A stretch of DNA of 53,090 nucleotides. Origin: a virus (Duplodnaviria > Heunggongvirae > Uroviricota > Caudoviricetes). The stretch is from the IMG/VR virus record IMGVR_UViG_2684623011_000001, positions 1-53,090 of that record. The stretch is one strand, 5' to 3'. Below the pieces are notes generated by a model that saw nothing but the letters and a program-made list of their open reading frames with translations, had not been told where the DNA came from and did no database searches. Below are positions 38,401 to 47,517 of the stretch, piece after piece. Numbering within the stretch: position 1 is the first letter of the stretch; the number at the start of each line of letters is the position of its first letter. Position numbers and translations under genes: made by a program.

Positions 38401-41395
38401 GACAAAATCTGGATCAGTTGGTATTACTCCAGAGAATGTAAGTCAACCAGCTAATCCATTACGTTCAATGTCTGTTGTTGCTGGGAATCCACAACTTGCA
38501 GGAATGATAGGAACATCTGCTCAATCAATGGGGCTTGCATCTGATGTAAATTCTGCAATGAATGGTCAGAAAGTTACTGATTACTCTGATTCAACCCAAA
38601 AGGTTAGTGAAGACTATTGGCGTTACATGGGTAACGAACTTTACACTGGCTTACCTCTTGATGAACAGGTAAATAAGTTGGAAGGTGCAGTTACCCAAGC
38701 TGACGATAATATGGATAAACTCATTGATCTAGCACGTCAACGTATCGATTTGGATAATAAGCAAATAGCATATCAAAAGACTATGCAAAATGCTTACCAA
38801 CAACAAATCACTGATATGATTAATGAACTCCATAAATACGGATTCCAAAATAATGGTAATCAAATTACCAATTTGAACCATGCAAAAGATATTACCGGTG
38901 ATAATGCAAGCAAGGTAGATGACTTACTTAGCAAATATCAATCTGCATATCAGAACTTCTCACAAGCTACGCAGAAGATTCAAGAATTACAGACAGATAT
39001 ATGGCAACAAGGTAAGAACCAAGACGACTACCGTAATACTAAAGACCAAAAGATGGTTGAGAAGTTACAAAGAGAGCTTGAATTGCTTAACACATCTATT
39101 GATAATCAGAAGAATATTCTTGATCGTGAAAATGACTCCTTAACTGATAGTGATTACCGCATGAAGTTAAAGAATAGTTCAGATCAAATCTATTCAAAAT
39201 CAGACGCCGTACAACAATTGTTGGCAGAATTTAATAAATTAAGTTTAACTAACTTTGTTGGTACCAAAGATGCTGATAATGCAAAGAATCTTGCCGATTC
39301 ACTCTCGTCAATAAAAGAATCCATCATGGATAATCTTGATGCTATTGATGAGTTAAAGAAGAGTATTAGAGATATTAAGATTAATGCATTAATAGATAAT
39401 GTAGATAAAATTACCGATAATTTAAGCAATAGTGTAGACCGTTTAAAGAACAATGTGACAAATCTTCAAGATGGATTGTTATCTGGTACAACATATAGCG
39501 ATCTCGTAAGTAGTGATCTAGACGTTGTAAACCTTAATCAAAAGGGAGCTTATGAAAAAGGCGTCAATGACAAGATTCAACTTGAGAGAGAATTAGATAA
39601 TGTATTAGATCAGTTTGCCAAGAAGAATGTTGATAGAACAGCTCAGGTGGCAAATGAGCAGTTACAAATTGAGTCACAAAAGTATGACCAAATGCTTTCA
39701 ATGGCAACTAGTTATGCTAGAGGAACTCGTTGGGAATCATCGAAAATTCAGCCTAATTATAATGCAACAACGGAAAGCGATCAGATCGAAGTAAGCGGTA
39801 TTACTCATAATCAAGAATATGTTAAAGCGTCAATTGAATATCAAAAACAATTGAACGATCTAAAGGCTCGTTATAACGAACAAATGGCAAATGCTGACAG
39901 TGCAGAAACCAAACAGTTAATCAATCAGCGCCTTGTCTATGAACAACTCATGTTGCAGGAAAAAGTTTATGGAACAATGATTGAGACTGATAAACAGGCT
40001 ATAGCAGAGTTGAGGAAACAGTTTAATGATCCAGACATGAACTCAGAACAACTTAAGACAATTTCAGATAAGATTACTGAATATGAAAATAATATTATGG
40101 ACGCCCAGAATAATATTAAAGAAGCTGTTAAGAGTCGCTACGATTATGAAAAGACATTGCTGGATAAAGAGATTGATGACTACCAACGTTTATCTGATAC
40201 GATGAGTAATCTTGTTACAATTGCAGATGCTCTTCACTTAAATGGTGAGACACAAGCTTCTATTATTAATCAACAATATGAAGCGACATATCTGCAATAT
40301 AACAATTATCTTGATATTCTAGCTAGATTACGTGAAGAGCGTTCTAAGTTTGAAAAGGGATCATATGAATGGAACCAACTCAATTCTATGATTCAAGAGT
40401 ATCAACCATCACTTGAAAGCATTGTTACTTCATTATTAGAAGTTAACAAGAACGAATTTGAACAAAAATTATCTTCTGTTCAAGAGTACTTTGAAAAGAA
40501 CGTCAACGAAGGTAAGACTGCGGATCAGGCTAAGTTTGATCAAGATGTATGGTATAACCCCGTACAAAAAGAACTTCGCCTTGAAGAAATGCGTCTGAAG
40601 ATTGTTGAGCTAGAAGATAAGACTGTTGAAAAGCGTATTGCTGCTCTTGATGCCCAAGAGAGAATGTCTAAGGCTGAGGCAGATTATGTTGATAAACAAT
40701 TAGACCTAGCATTGGCAGAGCAAAAGCTGAATAACACAATCAATAAGAAAGATGTTCGTTATCTTGAAAAAGATGAGAATGGTAAATTTAACTGGACTTA
40801 TATTGCTGACCAAGATCAAGTTGATGCAGCACGTCAAGAAGTCAATAAAGCCAAACAAGAAATCGAAGACGCCAAGATTTCTAACCGAAATGACTATATT
40901 GAAAAGGTTGAAAAGATTGTTAGCGATATTAAGGACGGTGCATATGATCAATCAGAAGCCCGTTCAAGACTTGAACAACTGAATAACTCATATAAATTTA
41001 TCCTTAAAGATATTCCTACTTTTGATATCTCTAAAGTAGAAGACATTCTCAAGGCTTACAACGATTACGAACAAAGAAATAAAGACATAATGAATGATTA
41101 TCGTAGGAATGATAATATCAGCAACAAGGCTGGATATAAGGAAATTATTGATGGCTTTGGTGAGCAATTCAAGATGGTTTCTAAGGACTTGGGAGAGATC
41201 TTCGGAAAGCAATTGCATGATGCTCTAAGTCTTCCTAACGGGATCAGAAATGCCTATGGAAACGGAACGGATAATTCTCTTACGATTAATGGTGATCTTA
41301 AAGTCGAATTACCAGACGTTACTAATGTAGACGAATTTGCTAAAGCGATTGCTACGCTCCCACAAGTAGCAAGACAAAAGGCTACAAGTAAATAG
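32489..41395 (+). CDS. Tail tape measure protein (2968 aa)
   Basis: TMP core (AITKVTKV...EQWATAGY...NQVSNKHAI...IGTAYKTIGSR), long coiled coils and internal peptide repeats. Confidence 0.92.
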   Translation: MAEQLSIKVKVDLPSAGEIESQLNKELRGMKDIETNVKVKPKVTGLKGLKSEIRKSLNGDKFKANVGVKVTGEAKLAKLAREMEKVRRLANEPIRFSVDAGNSKFDEQVSKAKKGIEDLNKSYTKGAGLGLRKQVEEARRNMEQTYAAMRKNNLDATKANNDRVAQVYKESAAQNKAQLQKDIAEYRRLSEDAGIGRKDINKQIRRSTTPSIKAETAQRLAQTRREISAAKRDWQDYGRIMKEAYSTEQKMAKGTAGRNETRALRERAAALRSEAEAIKLIPEYQERANRAERAQQRNLSMINAKRLDGAYASNARRTRTRGGIVPTMDISSALMTGAMGIAGIIEQYNAVDKAITKVTKVVPDSQRAVNRWRKNIYKDAAEVGKSAPEFASAVEQWATAGYNLKQSNRLAKQSVMGAFVGEVPVNDMVKYMSVPMKAFQKEGIKSTDIINAMNQVSNKHAIEMDDLGQAYQKASSTVGATGTKFSQLTGIITAAQEGTRAGGDAIGTAYKTIGSRIAKMGTGLTKQDQTRAAFFKGLGVNLTDTNGKLKSTWDVMDQLGKKWDTLSEKDKNTAAQYAAGANHANIFQATMDNWKTARQAMREAEAQQGLGSSGSAYQEMAKQKQSVEFQLKGLQDMWGQFVENITGGRKGIGDMLNVVSFLGNGLTKLSANPFLSSAVRWGTVAAGMVMARKAMVSLAGGLGSVIMQGKKGDSVLERLTGISSKTQKMKDKWTDLKNAVDDVRGKTPSGKRAKTQTEQSIEELRNHSGKEYSTETEELKKNTAEHERNSEARKQNGRSMQENTAETRNNIQALGGANTQLEASTKKTNGLTEKTGKLGKVARVAKAGIGVLGAGLGYVGLALDAVTIAGMAMNAMGIHPITAMKRAMDPAGESARILNKHLDKTGKVIESNNAAIEKNGFVTGQMQANMKTVADMKTNFASLQRDDKGNIADDDFQQIKQAYNKVAKDSGLEFRMGNNQNADVVQNKINALNDWMPQVQRRTINEAATKAQSNMDQINDILSNGNISKLISSTKGYQGEMSKLERDLQLQRNGIKTQKDYDRAKQRIEDSNEYRFGDKNDEMWSSKAGKRAAAQVKAAQGALRDVYRAFGDGLTDGTLTKDNIAAMSEKEKHMAAMGAVTNLRDLKGVDRNNESVKAAQANLNMVFSSLGKNISQKLKNSITDAALAGDNGSLMKGLRKAGLGTQEIAAMAGIGAQYQQQYRHRKGGFIGQAAADETSAYKFRDSAEKRGIRVGNVDAIMTENGFLDYEKLAKFNASNVNTATGKRAFNSSGIKYGSHMSVPDMLRLTTGIDGDPTKVLTDFVKGGNNTNATNVATITNNAQRYKIDKDGNLQITGRQATGEAIGAAVAAKQGNRVKSKDTMKSGIDDAAANGSITREQADKANDWIDKNFNSKGQAKTVDGFVKATQDLKQMTKNQFKNNTKGLSNKERQEALKQAQKNGQITSEQAKALSGWTHEKGNKNKTDGTKVSKPKKSEKDGSDDKDSGSKPKKKKNSSKSKDDDNDKSKPRSKSKSKTAKDIEKQIGKDKISNDELKSLQKGLKNSKERQKLAYDLNRKNQVKTPWQDKLKDFLSPEMVAKASTRNGRNNFKMPNLSKLNPFKGFKMPSLNKLNPFKGFKMPKLNLPKGLTTNPFKNWKMPKGITSPLKNLKLPKNMNNPFKNWKMPKGLGNMFKGNNPFKGIQNSFNKLFGGKGKNNKIKVDADTKAAEQKVKKLGKGSGKNKTKVKVDADTKGAESKIKKLGKSKNSKAKIKVDADTKGVQSKLKNIGKNSKAKVKVNADTKSAESKVKNIGKNAKAKVKVDADTGNAKSKINSLKSSLRGLNSGKHSIHVSVAVSGEGKVKALKSAISGLSNKSVSINASVSGDGKVKSLKSAIASVSNKSVTVSASVSGTGKVRQLKSAIDGVQSKHVSVTAKVSGTGEVRALASAIASVRSKSVTVSATKIETTIKKTKSGSVGITPENVSQPANPLRSMSVVAGNPQLAGMIGTSAQSMGLASDVNSAMNGQKVTDYSDSTQKVSEDYWRYMGNELYTGLPLDEQVNKLEGAVTQADDNMDKLIDLARQRIDLDNKQIAYQKTMQNAYQQQITDMINELHKYGFQNNGNQITNLNHAKDITGDNASKVDDLLSKYQSAYQNFSQATQKIQELQTDIWQQGKNQDDYRNTKDQKMVEKLQRELELLNTSIDNQKNILDRENDSLTDSDYRMKLKNSSDQIYSKSDAVQQLLAEFNKLSLTNFVGTKDADNAKNLADSLSSIKESIMDNLDAIDELKKSIRDIKINALIDNVDKITDNLSNSVDRLKNNVTNLQDGLLSGTTYSDLVSSDLDVVNLNQKGAYEKGVNDKIQLERELDNVLDQFAKKNVDRTAQVANEQLQIESQKYDQMLSMATSYARGTRWESSKIQPNYNATTESDQIEVSGITHNQEYVKASIEYQKQLNDLKARYNEQMANADSAETKQLINQRLVYEQLMLQEKVYGTMIETDKQAIAELRKQFNDPDMNSEQLKTISDKITEYENNIMDAQNNIKEAVKSRYDYEKTLLDKEIDDYQRLSDTMSNLVTIADALHLNGETQASIINQQYEATYLQYNNYLDILARLREERSKFEKGSYEWNQLNSMIQEYQPSLESIVTSLLEVNKNEFEQKLSSVQEYFEKNVNEGKTADQAKFDQDVWYNPVQKELRLEEMRLKIVELEDKTVEKRIAALDAQERMSKAEADYVDKQLDLALAEQKLNNTINKKDVRYLEKDENGKFNWTYIADQDQVDAARQEVNKAKQEIEDAKISNRNDYIEKVEKIVSDIKDGAYDQSEARSRLEQLNNSYKFILKDIPTFDISKVEDILKAYNDYEQRNKDIMNDYRRNDNISNKAGYKEIIDGFGEQFKMVSKDLGEIFGKQLHDALSLPNGIRNAYGNGTDNSLTINGDLKVELPDVTNVDEFAKAIATLPQVARQKATSK

Positions 41396-41465
41396 TAAAT
41401 AGTAGGCTAAGACCAAGGGCAACCTTGGTTGTACATAATAAAAATATAAAGAAAGGGGACAGGTA

Positions 41466-43097
41466 ATGGTTCAACCAATACTAAACCAAGCAGTAAACTA
41501 TGATGCTAAGACGAGAAAAGTCTTCACTTTTACTTATCTTGGACCAGAAATGACAACAACGAATACCTTGTCCATTCGAGAAGATAAAGCTGATTCAAAA
41601 CCAGTTTATGAAAAGGATCAAGTTTCGCTTGATAAAAACCATATTTTACCACCAGAGACTCTTAACAATGGGGTTGCATACCTTGCTAAAGTTCGTGTAA
41701 AAGTTAAAGATGGCTACTCTGAATGGTCTCCAGAAATAAAATTTTCGTGTTTTACTACGCCTAGAATCATTTTTGATACGATTGATCAAAAACAATTCAT
41801 TTACACGAACGATGTCTTGATGTCTGCAACATATATGCAAGAACAAGGTGATATGGTTAAAGAATATCAATATACCCTTTACGATCAAAGACATGTAGCG
41901 TTAAAAAGGTATCCACCTCGTGTTCCTGATCGAGAATCACCAACTAGATTCTCTGAACGAATGAAAGGTATTGAGAAGGGGAAGTTGTACTATGTTGGTC
42001 TTAAAGTTACCACACAACATGGTATTACTTATGAGGAACTGCAAGAATTCACAGCCCAATACGTAACTCCGTCTGTATCAGGCATAGTTCAGCCCGTTAT
42101 GAATAAACGTGATGGACAAGTTGTACTGAGTCTTTTCTTAAAACAATTATTAGGAACATCTGCTCGTGCTTTCATTAAGTACAGAGAAAATGATAACGAT
42201 GATAATTACACATATTGGAAAGACGATTATGTGTTTATTCCTAAAGATAACCCATTAATGTACACAGATCTGGCGATGGCAAAAGCAAGTAATTGGATTG
42301 GTAAATTATGGGTCATGAATGTTCAAGATGGTTTATTTTTAGACTTTGCACCCAAAAAGGGGGAAGGTCAACATATTAAGTTCTATAAACGTGGGGACTA
42401 TATTACATGCGAAAAGAAGGCTGGAAAAATAGTATCACGTACCAGATCTAATAAAATAACTAATTTAGGGCTCAGACCATTCTATCTCTACATTAAAGTT
42501 ATGGAGTACCGTGTAGAAATGTATATAGAGCCTGATGTGACATTTAAAGGTGACGATATAGACGATAACAAGTCTCAAGAAGAATTAAATGAATATCCTA
42601 ATATCACTAAAGAAACTCAACAAATGATTGATGTTGCTAATCAGAAAATTTTAGCAGCAAGAAATAGATTGCAACAAATTCATGATGAGCATTGGCAACA
42701 ATATATTACGCAAGTCAATGGTGCTATATCAAATGCATGGGCCCATATTTATTCTCATAATGAGCTACGCGATCGTGTTATGGAAATTGATAATGCATAT
42801 TGGGATTACTTTAAAAATACTGAAATAATTAATTATTGGAAAGAATTAGCTAAAGCAGAACGTGATGCTGAGGCGCATTATGAGATTTATAGACAAGAAT
42901 ACGAACAACGTGTTGATGAAACCTTAAAAGAAATTGAGCTGGGAACAACAACACTTGCAGATGGACGTCTAAAACTCCAAGAATACAGTCTTGTTTATAG
43001 CTTTATTTTAAGAGAAGTAATAGACTTCGATGATAGTAAATTAGATATAAATGGATTGAGACAAAAGCAAAGAGAATACTTACAAAAATATGCATAG
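41466..43097 (+). CDS. Tail tip / baseplate protein
   Basis: First gene after the TMP. FN3-like N-terminus (YLAKVRV...YSEWS). Confidence 0.6.
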   Translation: MVQPILNQAVNYDAKTRKVFTFTYLGPEMTTTNTLSIREDKADSKPVYEKDQVSLDKNHILPPETLNNGVAYLAKVRVKVKDGYSEWSPEIKFSCFTTPRIIFDTIDQKQFIYTNDVLMSATYMQEQGDMVKEYQYTLYDQRHVALKRYPPRVPDRESPTRFSERMKGIEKGKLYYVGLKVTTQHGITYEELQEFTAQYVTPSVSGIVQPVMNKRDGQVVLSLFLKQLLGTSARAFIKYRENDNDDNYTYWKDDYVFIPKDNPLMYTDLAMAKASNWIGKLWVMNVQDGLFLDFAPKKGEGQHIKFYKRGDYITCEKKAGKIVSRTRSNKITNLGLRPFYLYIKVMEYRVEMYIEPDVTFKGDDIDDNKSQEELNEYPNITKETQQMIDVANQKILAARNRLQQIHDEHWQQYITQVNGAISNAWAHIYSHNELRDRVMEIDNAYWDYFKNTEIINYWKELAKAERDAEAHYEIYRQEYEQRVDETLKEIELGTTTLADGRLKLQEYSLVYSFILREVIDFDDSKLDINGLRQKQREYLQKYA

Positions 43098-43114
43098 AAA
43101 AGGATTGAAGCGTA

Positions 43115-44161
43115 GTGATAATTGGAGTTGATTATTTTAACTATGGATTTGATCAACAATTTTATGACACACCAATTCCGACTTCTCAATTAGATGAGGT
43201 TATGTTAGGAGCTGGTATGTATGATGAAATGTTTATTTCTGTTGATACAGACATAGATAAAAAGCAAGAAAAGCCAGCACAATGGACTCTTAAAACGATT
43301 ATGGACGCAACGTTTAATAATTCTCTTGAAGCCGGAAGTATTAACGGTAACGGCCATATCGTGACTAGATTACAAGTTTATAGGCGCGAATATCGATCAA
43401 CTAATACTGAATGGCAGTTAGTCTCAGAGTTTGGGTACGATAAACATTATAACTTGTATACAGTGATCGATAGATTCGTAGAGAACAACAAAACGTATGA
43501 ATATTGTGTTGTACCGTTGGCACAAGAGATTATGGGCGATCTTTTAATTGGTCCACCAGTTGATAGTACGTTTGAAGGAATGTTTATATCTGATGTTGAT
43601 ACAAACTACTCGATGAATGTTGACTTTAAGTTCTCTGATCTTGTTTATAACACAAACATGAATAAAGCCGTCCCGCTTAATGGAGAATATCCAATAGTTA
43701 CATTTGGTAATTCAAATTATCGAACTGGAACAGCAACATTTTTACCTCTTACACCACAGTCTGAGTTTGGTTATACCAATGAGATTAATGCTCATGACGA
43801 ATTTGTAAATCGTCAGAATGTTATTTCGTTCTTAAATAATGGTCGTGCAAAAGTAATGAGACGTGAAGATGGAGATATTATGGTAGTTGCTACTACTAAC
43901 GTCCATACGACAGCTAAAGCGGAAGGTTTAGATTCCATTTCAACAGTAACATTTGATTTTGTTGAATTAGGCCCTCTAAATTACAACACGATGGAAAAAG
44001 CAGGACTTATTGCATCGGCCGGAAAGTCTGTTTATACCTACGATGACGATGGCAATATTGTATGGAATCAAGAGTATGATGCCAATGATGGATCAAAGAA
44101 ATCTAATGAACGTTATAGAAATGCGTTTATGAAGACAAGTGACAACATAAAGGTGGGGTGA
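43115..44161 (+). CDS. Baseplate / distal tail-like protein
   Basis: Position. YEYCVVP and FLNNGRAKVMR...FDFVELG motifs. Confidence 0.6.
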   Translation: MIIGVDYFNYGFDQQFYDTPIPTSQLDEVMLGAGMYDEMFISVDTDIDKKQEKPAQWTLKTIMDATFNNSLEAGSINGNGHIVTRLQVYRREYRSTNTEWQLVSEFGYDKHYNLYTVIDRFVENNKTYEYCVVPLAQEIMGDLLIGPPVDSTFEGMFISDVDTNYSMNVDFKFSDLVYNTNMNKAVPLNGEYPIVTFGNSNYRTGTATFLPLTPQSEFGYTNEINAHDEFVNRQNVISFLNNGRAKVMRREDGDIMVVATTNVHTTAKAEGLDSISTVTFDFVELGPLNYNTMEKAGLIASAGKSVYTYDDDGNIVWNQEYDANDGSKKSNERYRNAFMKTSDNIKVG

Positions 44162-44164
44162 TTT

Positions 44165-46261
44165 ATGCCGGTTTCATTTCAAAAGCCAGAATATAATGAG
44201 GCTCTACCAAATATTGTCACTGGTCTTGAAGACGAGTTGAGTGTGAAAGCTGCCAGTGTTATGAGACAGCCGATTCGTAACATACAGACTACTGTTCAAG
44301 TCTTAAATGACGATGGCAGTATTTACGATACGATCACTGGTAGAGCGACGGGAGGAACAATAAACTATAACGCTACTTCACTTACTAGAAGAACAGGAAC
44401 GCTCCGAATGGTGGTAGAGGATAGATACTTACCAAGTAATACAGGTGCCATATGGTTCGATAAACGTTTTAGGGTCTATCAAGGTATCGTTGATTTATCT
44501 CAGTATCCAAGAGAAGCGGTCAACTTCTTGCTAGGGACATTTTGGGTGGATGAATCATCGGTTAATATTGATGAAAATACAAGTGCTATTACCCTTACTT
44601 TGTCCGATAAAATGACTAAATGGGAAGATAGTGGTTTAGAAAATGAGTTAAAAATAGAGCATGGTACCCCTATGAGCGAAGCTATGCGGGGAATAATGGA
44701 ATTGGTTGGCGAGACCGATTTTGGATATATGTACACTTCCGATACAAAAGAGGTCATGCCCTACGATTACAAGAAAGAAATTGGAACCTCGATTACGGAT
44801 ATCATTACTGATTTTCGCGATATGTATATGGACTTTATCTGCGGATATAACACGATGGGGCAATTTGAATATCGTAAGATTGAAATGCAAAAGAAAGATG
44901 ATACTAGAAAAGTTAAGTGGGAGTTTGATTCAGTTAATCTTGATCGAGCTGATTTAGCTTTATCATTTTCAGAAGCATACAATCTTAAAGATGTTAAAAA
45001 CAGAGTTATTGTGGCAGGATCAACGTCTACAAAGACTGGTTATACCCCAAAGGGCAGTGTCAAAATTACTGACGCAGATAATATCTTTAATGTTGATGCG
45101 ATAGGAATGCGAACAAAAGTTATCAAAAACTCGGATCTTACTAATGATTTGCAATGTATCGCTCAGGCAAGGTATGAAATATGGAAGTCCGCCCATTTTC
45201 AAGAAAAAGTTTCAATAGATGTAATTCCTGTATACGCAATTCAACCTAACGATTTAATTACGGTAACTAATCCAGTCACAAAAAAGACCTATAGATATAT
45301 GGTGGACAATGTGTCGGTAGACCTAGATGTTGACGGTAGAATGAGTATCGATGCTCATAAGCTATATTATGTTGGCCTTGACTATGGTACAGCAGACATG
45401 CCAATTGTTGCTGCAATTAAAAATGGGATTGAAAAACTTGGTTGGTTATCTCTTGGTGAACAACGGATTAAAGATTGCTACGGCATTAGTGGTGACGGAA
45501 AGAATACTCTGGTTATTCGCTTTGTAAGTAACGGCATAGGTGGCGAACAAGCTTCTACAACGGCTTATTTAACTAGTAGAAGGCAAACGTTGGAATTAGA
45601 TATTAAAGACTTTGAGAAGTTGAATCTTAAGGATGAAAATGGTGATGTCGGACGCTCAGCTGGAGACTATGCAGATCGTATCTTGGGGCATGAAATGTTT
45701 CATGCTGTATGTAATGACTTCTATGGGGCCCCTAAAACTATTGATATGCCAGTATGGTTTAAAGAAGGATTTGCTGAGCTATTACATGGTGGCAAAGAAC
45801 GTTATCAATCAGTAGTTGGATTTAGAAGTAATGAAGAGAAAAAGAAATTTTTCATTGATAAAGCCTCGCAAGAACTAAACGGATACTGGGGAAGTTCGTC
45901 AGAAGATTATGTGGCTGCGTATCTTATTGCTTGTGCTATGTACTATCTTAGTGGAAGTAAACAAGAGTTTCAGAAGATATTCCAACGTCTTGAGGTTGAG
46001 AATAACGTAAATTTGAACTTCTTATATAAGGCTCTTCCGTTGTCTGAAAATGCTGGAACTATTTACGATAAAGTTATAGAAGAAATGTATAATATGCCTA
46101 TTTGGCAATACCTCAATGATCCTAATGATCCAGATACTTGTTCTATTGGTGGTAGTCACATGATGAATATCTATAATATGCCACTTAGTGCAGCAGACGT
46201 TTTTAATAACCAAATGGCAACAACTGCCTCATTAGGATTTAAGTTAAGATATGACGAATAA
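44165..46261 (+). CDS. Baseplate hub (DUF5048/Tal-like) fused to a C-terminal flagellinolysin-like zinc metallopeptidase
   Basis: N-terminal hub motifs (RRTGTL, LSDKM, KNRVIV.G). C-terminal DRILGHEMFHAV...PVWFKEGFAELLHGG (HExxH plus downstream E). Confidence 0.78.
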   Translation: MPVSFQKPEYNEALPNIVTGLEDELSVKAASVMRQPIRNIQTTVQVLNDDGSIYDTITGRATGGTINYNATSLTRRTGTLRMVVEDRYLPSNTGAIWFDKRFRVYQGIVDLSQYPREAVNFLLGTFWVDESSVNIDENTSAITLTLSDKMTKWEDSGLENELKIEHGTPMSEAMRGIMELVGETDFGYMYTSDTKEVMPYDYKKEIGTSITDIITDFRDMYMDFICGYNTMGQFEYRKIEMQKKDDTRKVKWEFDSVNLDRADLALSFSEAYNLKDVKNRVIVAGSTSTKTGYTPKGSVKITDADNIFNVDAIGMRTKVIKNSDLTNDLQCIAQARYEIWKSAHFQEKVSIDVIPVYAIQPNDLITVTNPVTKKTYRYMVDNVSVDLDVDGRMSIDAHKLYYVGLDYGTADMPIVAAIKNGIEKLGWLSLGEQRIKDCYGISGDGKNTLVIRFVSNGIGGEQASTTAYLTSRRQTLELDIKDFEKLNLKDENGDVGRSAGDYADRILGHEMFHAVCNDFYGAPKTIDMPVWFKEGFAELLHGGKERYQSVVGFRSNEEKKKFFIDKASQELNGYWGSSSEDYVAAYLIACAMYYLSGSKQEFQKIFQRLEVENNVNLNFLYKALPLSENAGTIYDKVIEEMYNMPIWQYLNDPNDPDTCSIGGSHMMNIYNMPLSAADVFNNQMATTASLGFKLRYDE

Positions 46262-46359
46262 ATTTTAATGTTTTTGTTGCGGAAACGATTACAAGTGTAC
46301 GGATATAAGATATAATAAGATGTTTTTAAGGAGGCATTTCAGTTGAAAGGAAGACTAGA

Positions 46360-47100
46360 ATGTCAAGATCAACTTTTCCAAAGAAAATTGATGTGTTCGT
46401 TGAGTTGTTTGACCTGCCTGCTGATAAAGTATCAGCCGCACTTGAACTTCAACAGTTAAAGCAGAAGACAACTCTTAATAATGATGAACAAAATAGAATA
46501 AGCGCGTTAAGCGCACAGTTGCAGGATTACATGATAACTCCTGAAACTATGAATAAATTACAAGACGCCATTGTCGAAATAGAAAAGTTTTTTGACGGTA
46601 ATGTACGTCAATATATTCTTGAGAAGCAAAAAGAATGGGATACATATGTCAATGACTTTAATTATGTTGGGCAATGGAGTCCGACTGCTAAGTACCATAA
46701 GCAGAATATGCTCACCTATAATGGCAATTTATGGTTGTGTATTAAAGATGTAGTTGCTGACTCATCACATACACCAGATCGTGATGCAGATCATTATCGT
46801 CAAGTTGCATATAAAGGTGATAAAGGTGATATTGGATTAAATGCTATTTACCGTGGTGAGTGGTCAGGGGGTACTGCATACAAAGCTGGTGATGCCGTAT
46901 CGATTAGAGCTTCAGAACCATGGAATCCGGTAGAAATGATCTTTATTGCTAAAAAGGACAATCAAGGTCAGCAACCATTAGTGGATACAGAAAGTCAATA
47001 TTGGCTACTATACACTAATATTCTGATTGGAACTTATGATTTTGAAGCAAACCATACTCCTATTCATCCGAATATTAATTATATTCAGATATTAGATTAG
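46360..47100 (+). CDS. Baseplate/tail protein with small aromatic sugar-binding-like repeats
   Basis: YVGQWSPTAKY and YRGEWSGGTAYKAGDAV repeats. Confidence 0.6.
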   Translation: MSRSTFPKKIDVFVELFDLPADKVSAALELQQLKQKTTLNNDEQNRISALSAQLQDYMITPETMNKLQDAIVEIEKFFDGNVRQYILEKQKEWDTYVNDFNYVGQWSPTAKYHKQNMLTYNGNLWLCIKDVVADSSHTPDRDADHYRQVAYKGDKGDIGLNAIYRGEWSGGTAYKAGDAVSIRASEPWNPVEMIFIAKKDNQGQQPLVDTESQYWLLYTNILIGTYDFEANHTPIHPNINYIQILD

Positions 47101-47112
47101 AGGTGCCAGCTA

Positions 47113-47517
47113 ATGAGTGTTGCTGAAACACAGAATAAGCTATTAGAAGCTGTACAAATCATGGTCGAAGAAAAGGTGAAACAGAGTTCGGGTCCTGTCT
47201 TTGATACAGGTATCGTTGCAGAAGAACCAGCTGGATATAAATGTATCGTTAATATTAATGGAACTGAAAAAATATGCACTCTCCCAGAGCATTTACACGA
47301 TTGGATTAGTAAAGACGATATTGTTTATGTTAATGATGTCTATGGTAACGGCTCAGAACTAGTTGTAACTGGATCGGGTGGATCTATTAGGAAACAAACT
47401 ATGGTAGTAAATGACGAAGAGAAGTCTAAGCTAATCAGCGGGGTTACTAAATTTGAAGATGACAATAATAATCTAACAGATAATACTCTAAGGATTGTTG
47501 ATGAAGGGAAGAATTAA
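47113..47517 (+). CDS. Hypothetical tail-module protein
   Basis: ORF with RBS GAGGTG. Confidence 0.55.
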   Translation: MSVAETQNKLLEAVQIMVEEKVKQSSGPVFDTGIVAEEPAGYKCIVNINGTEKICTLPEHLHDWISKDDIVYVNDVYGNGSELVVTGSGGSIRKQTMVVNDEEKSKLISGVTKFEDDNNNLTDNTLRIVDEGKN

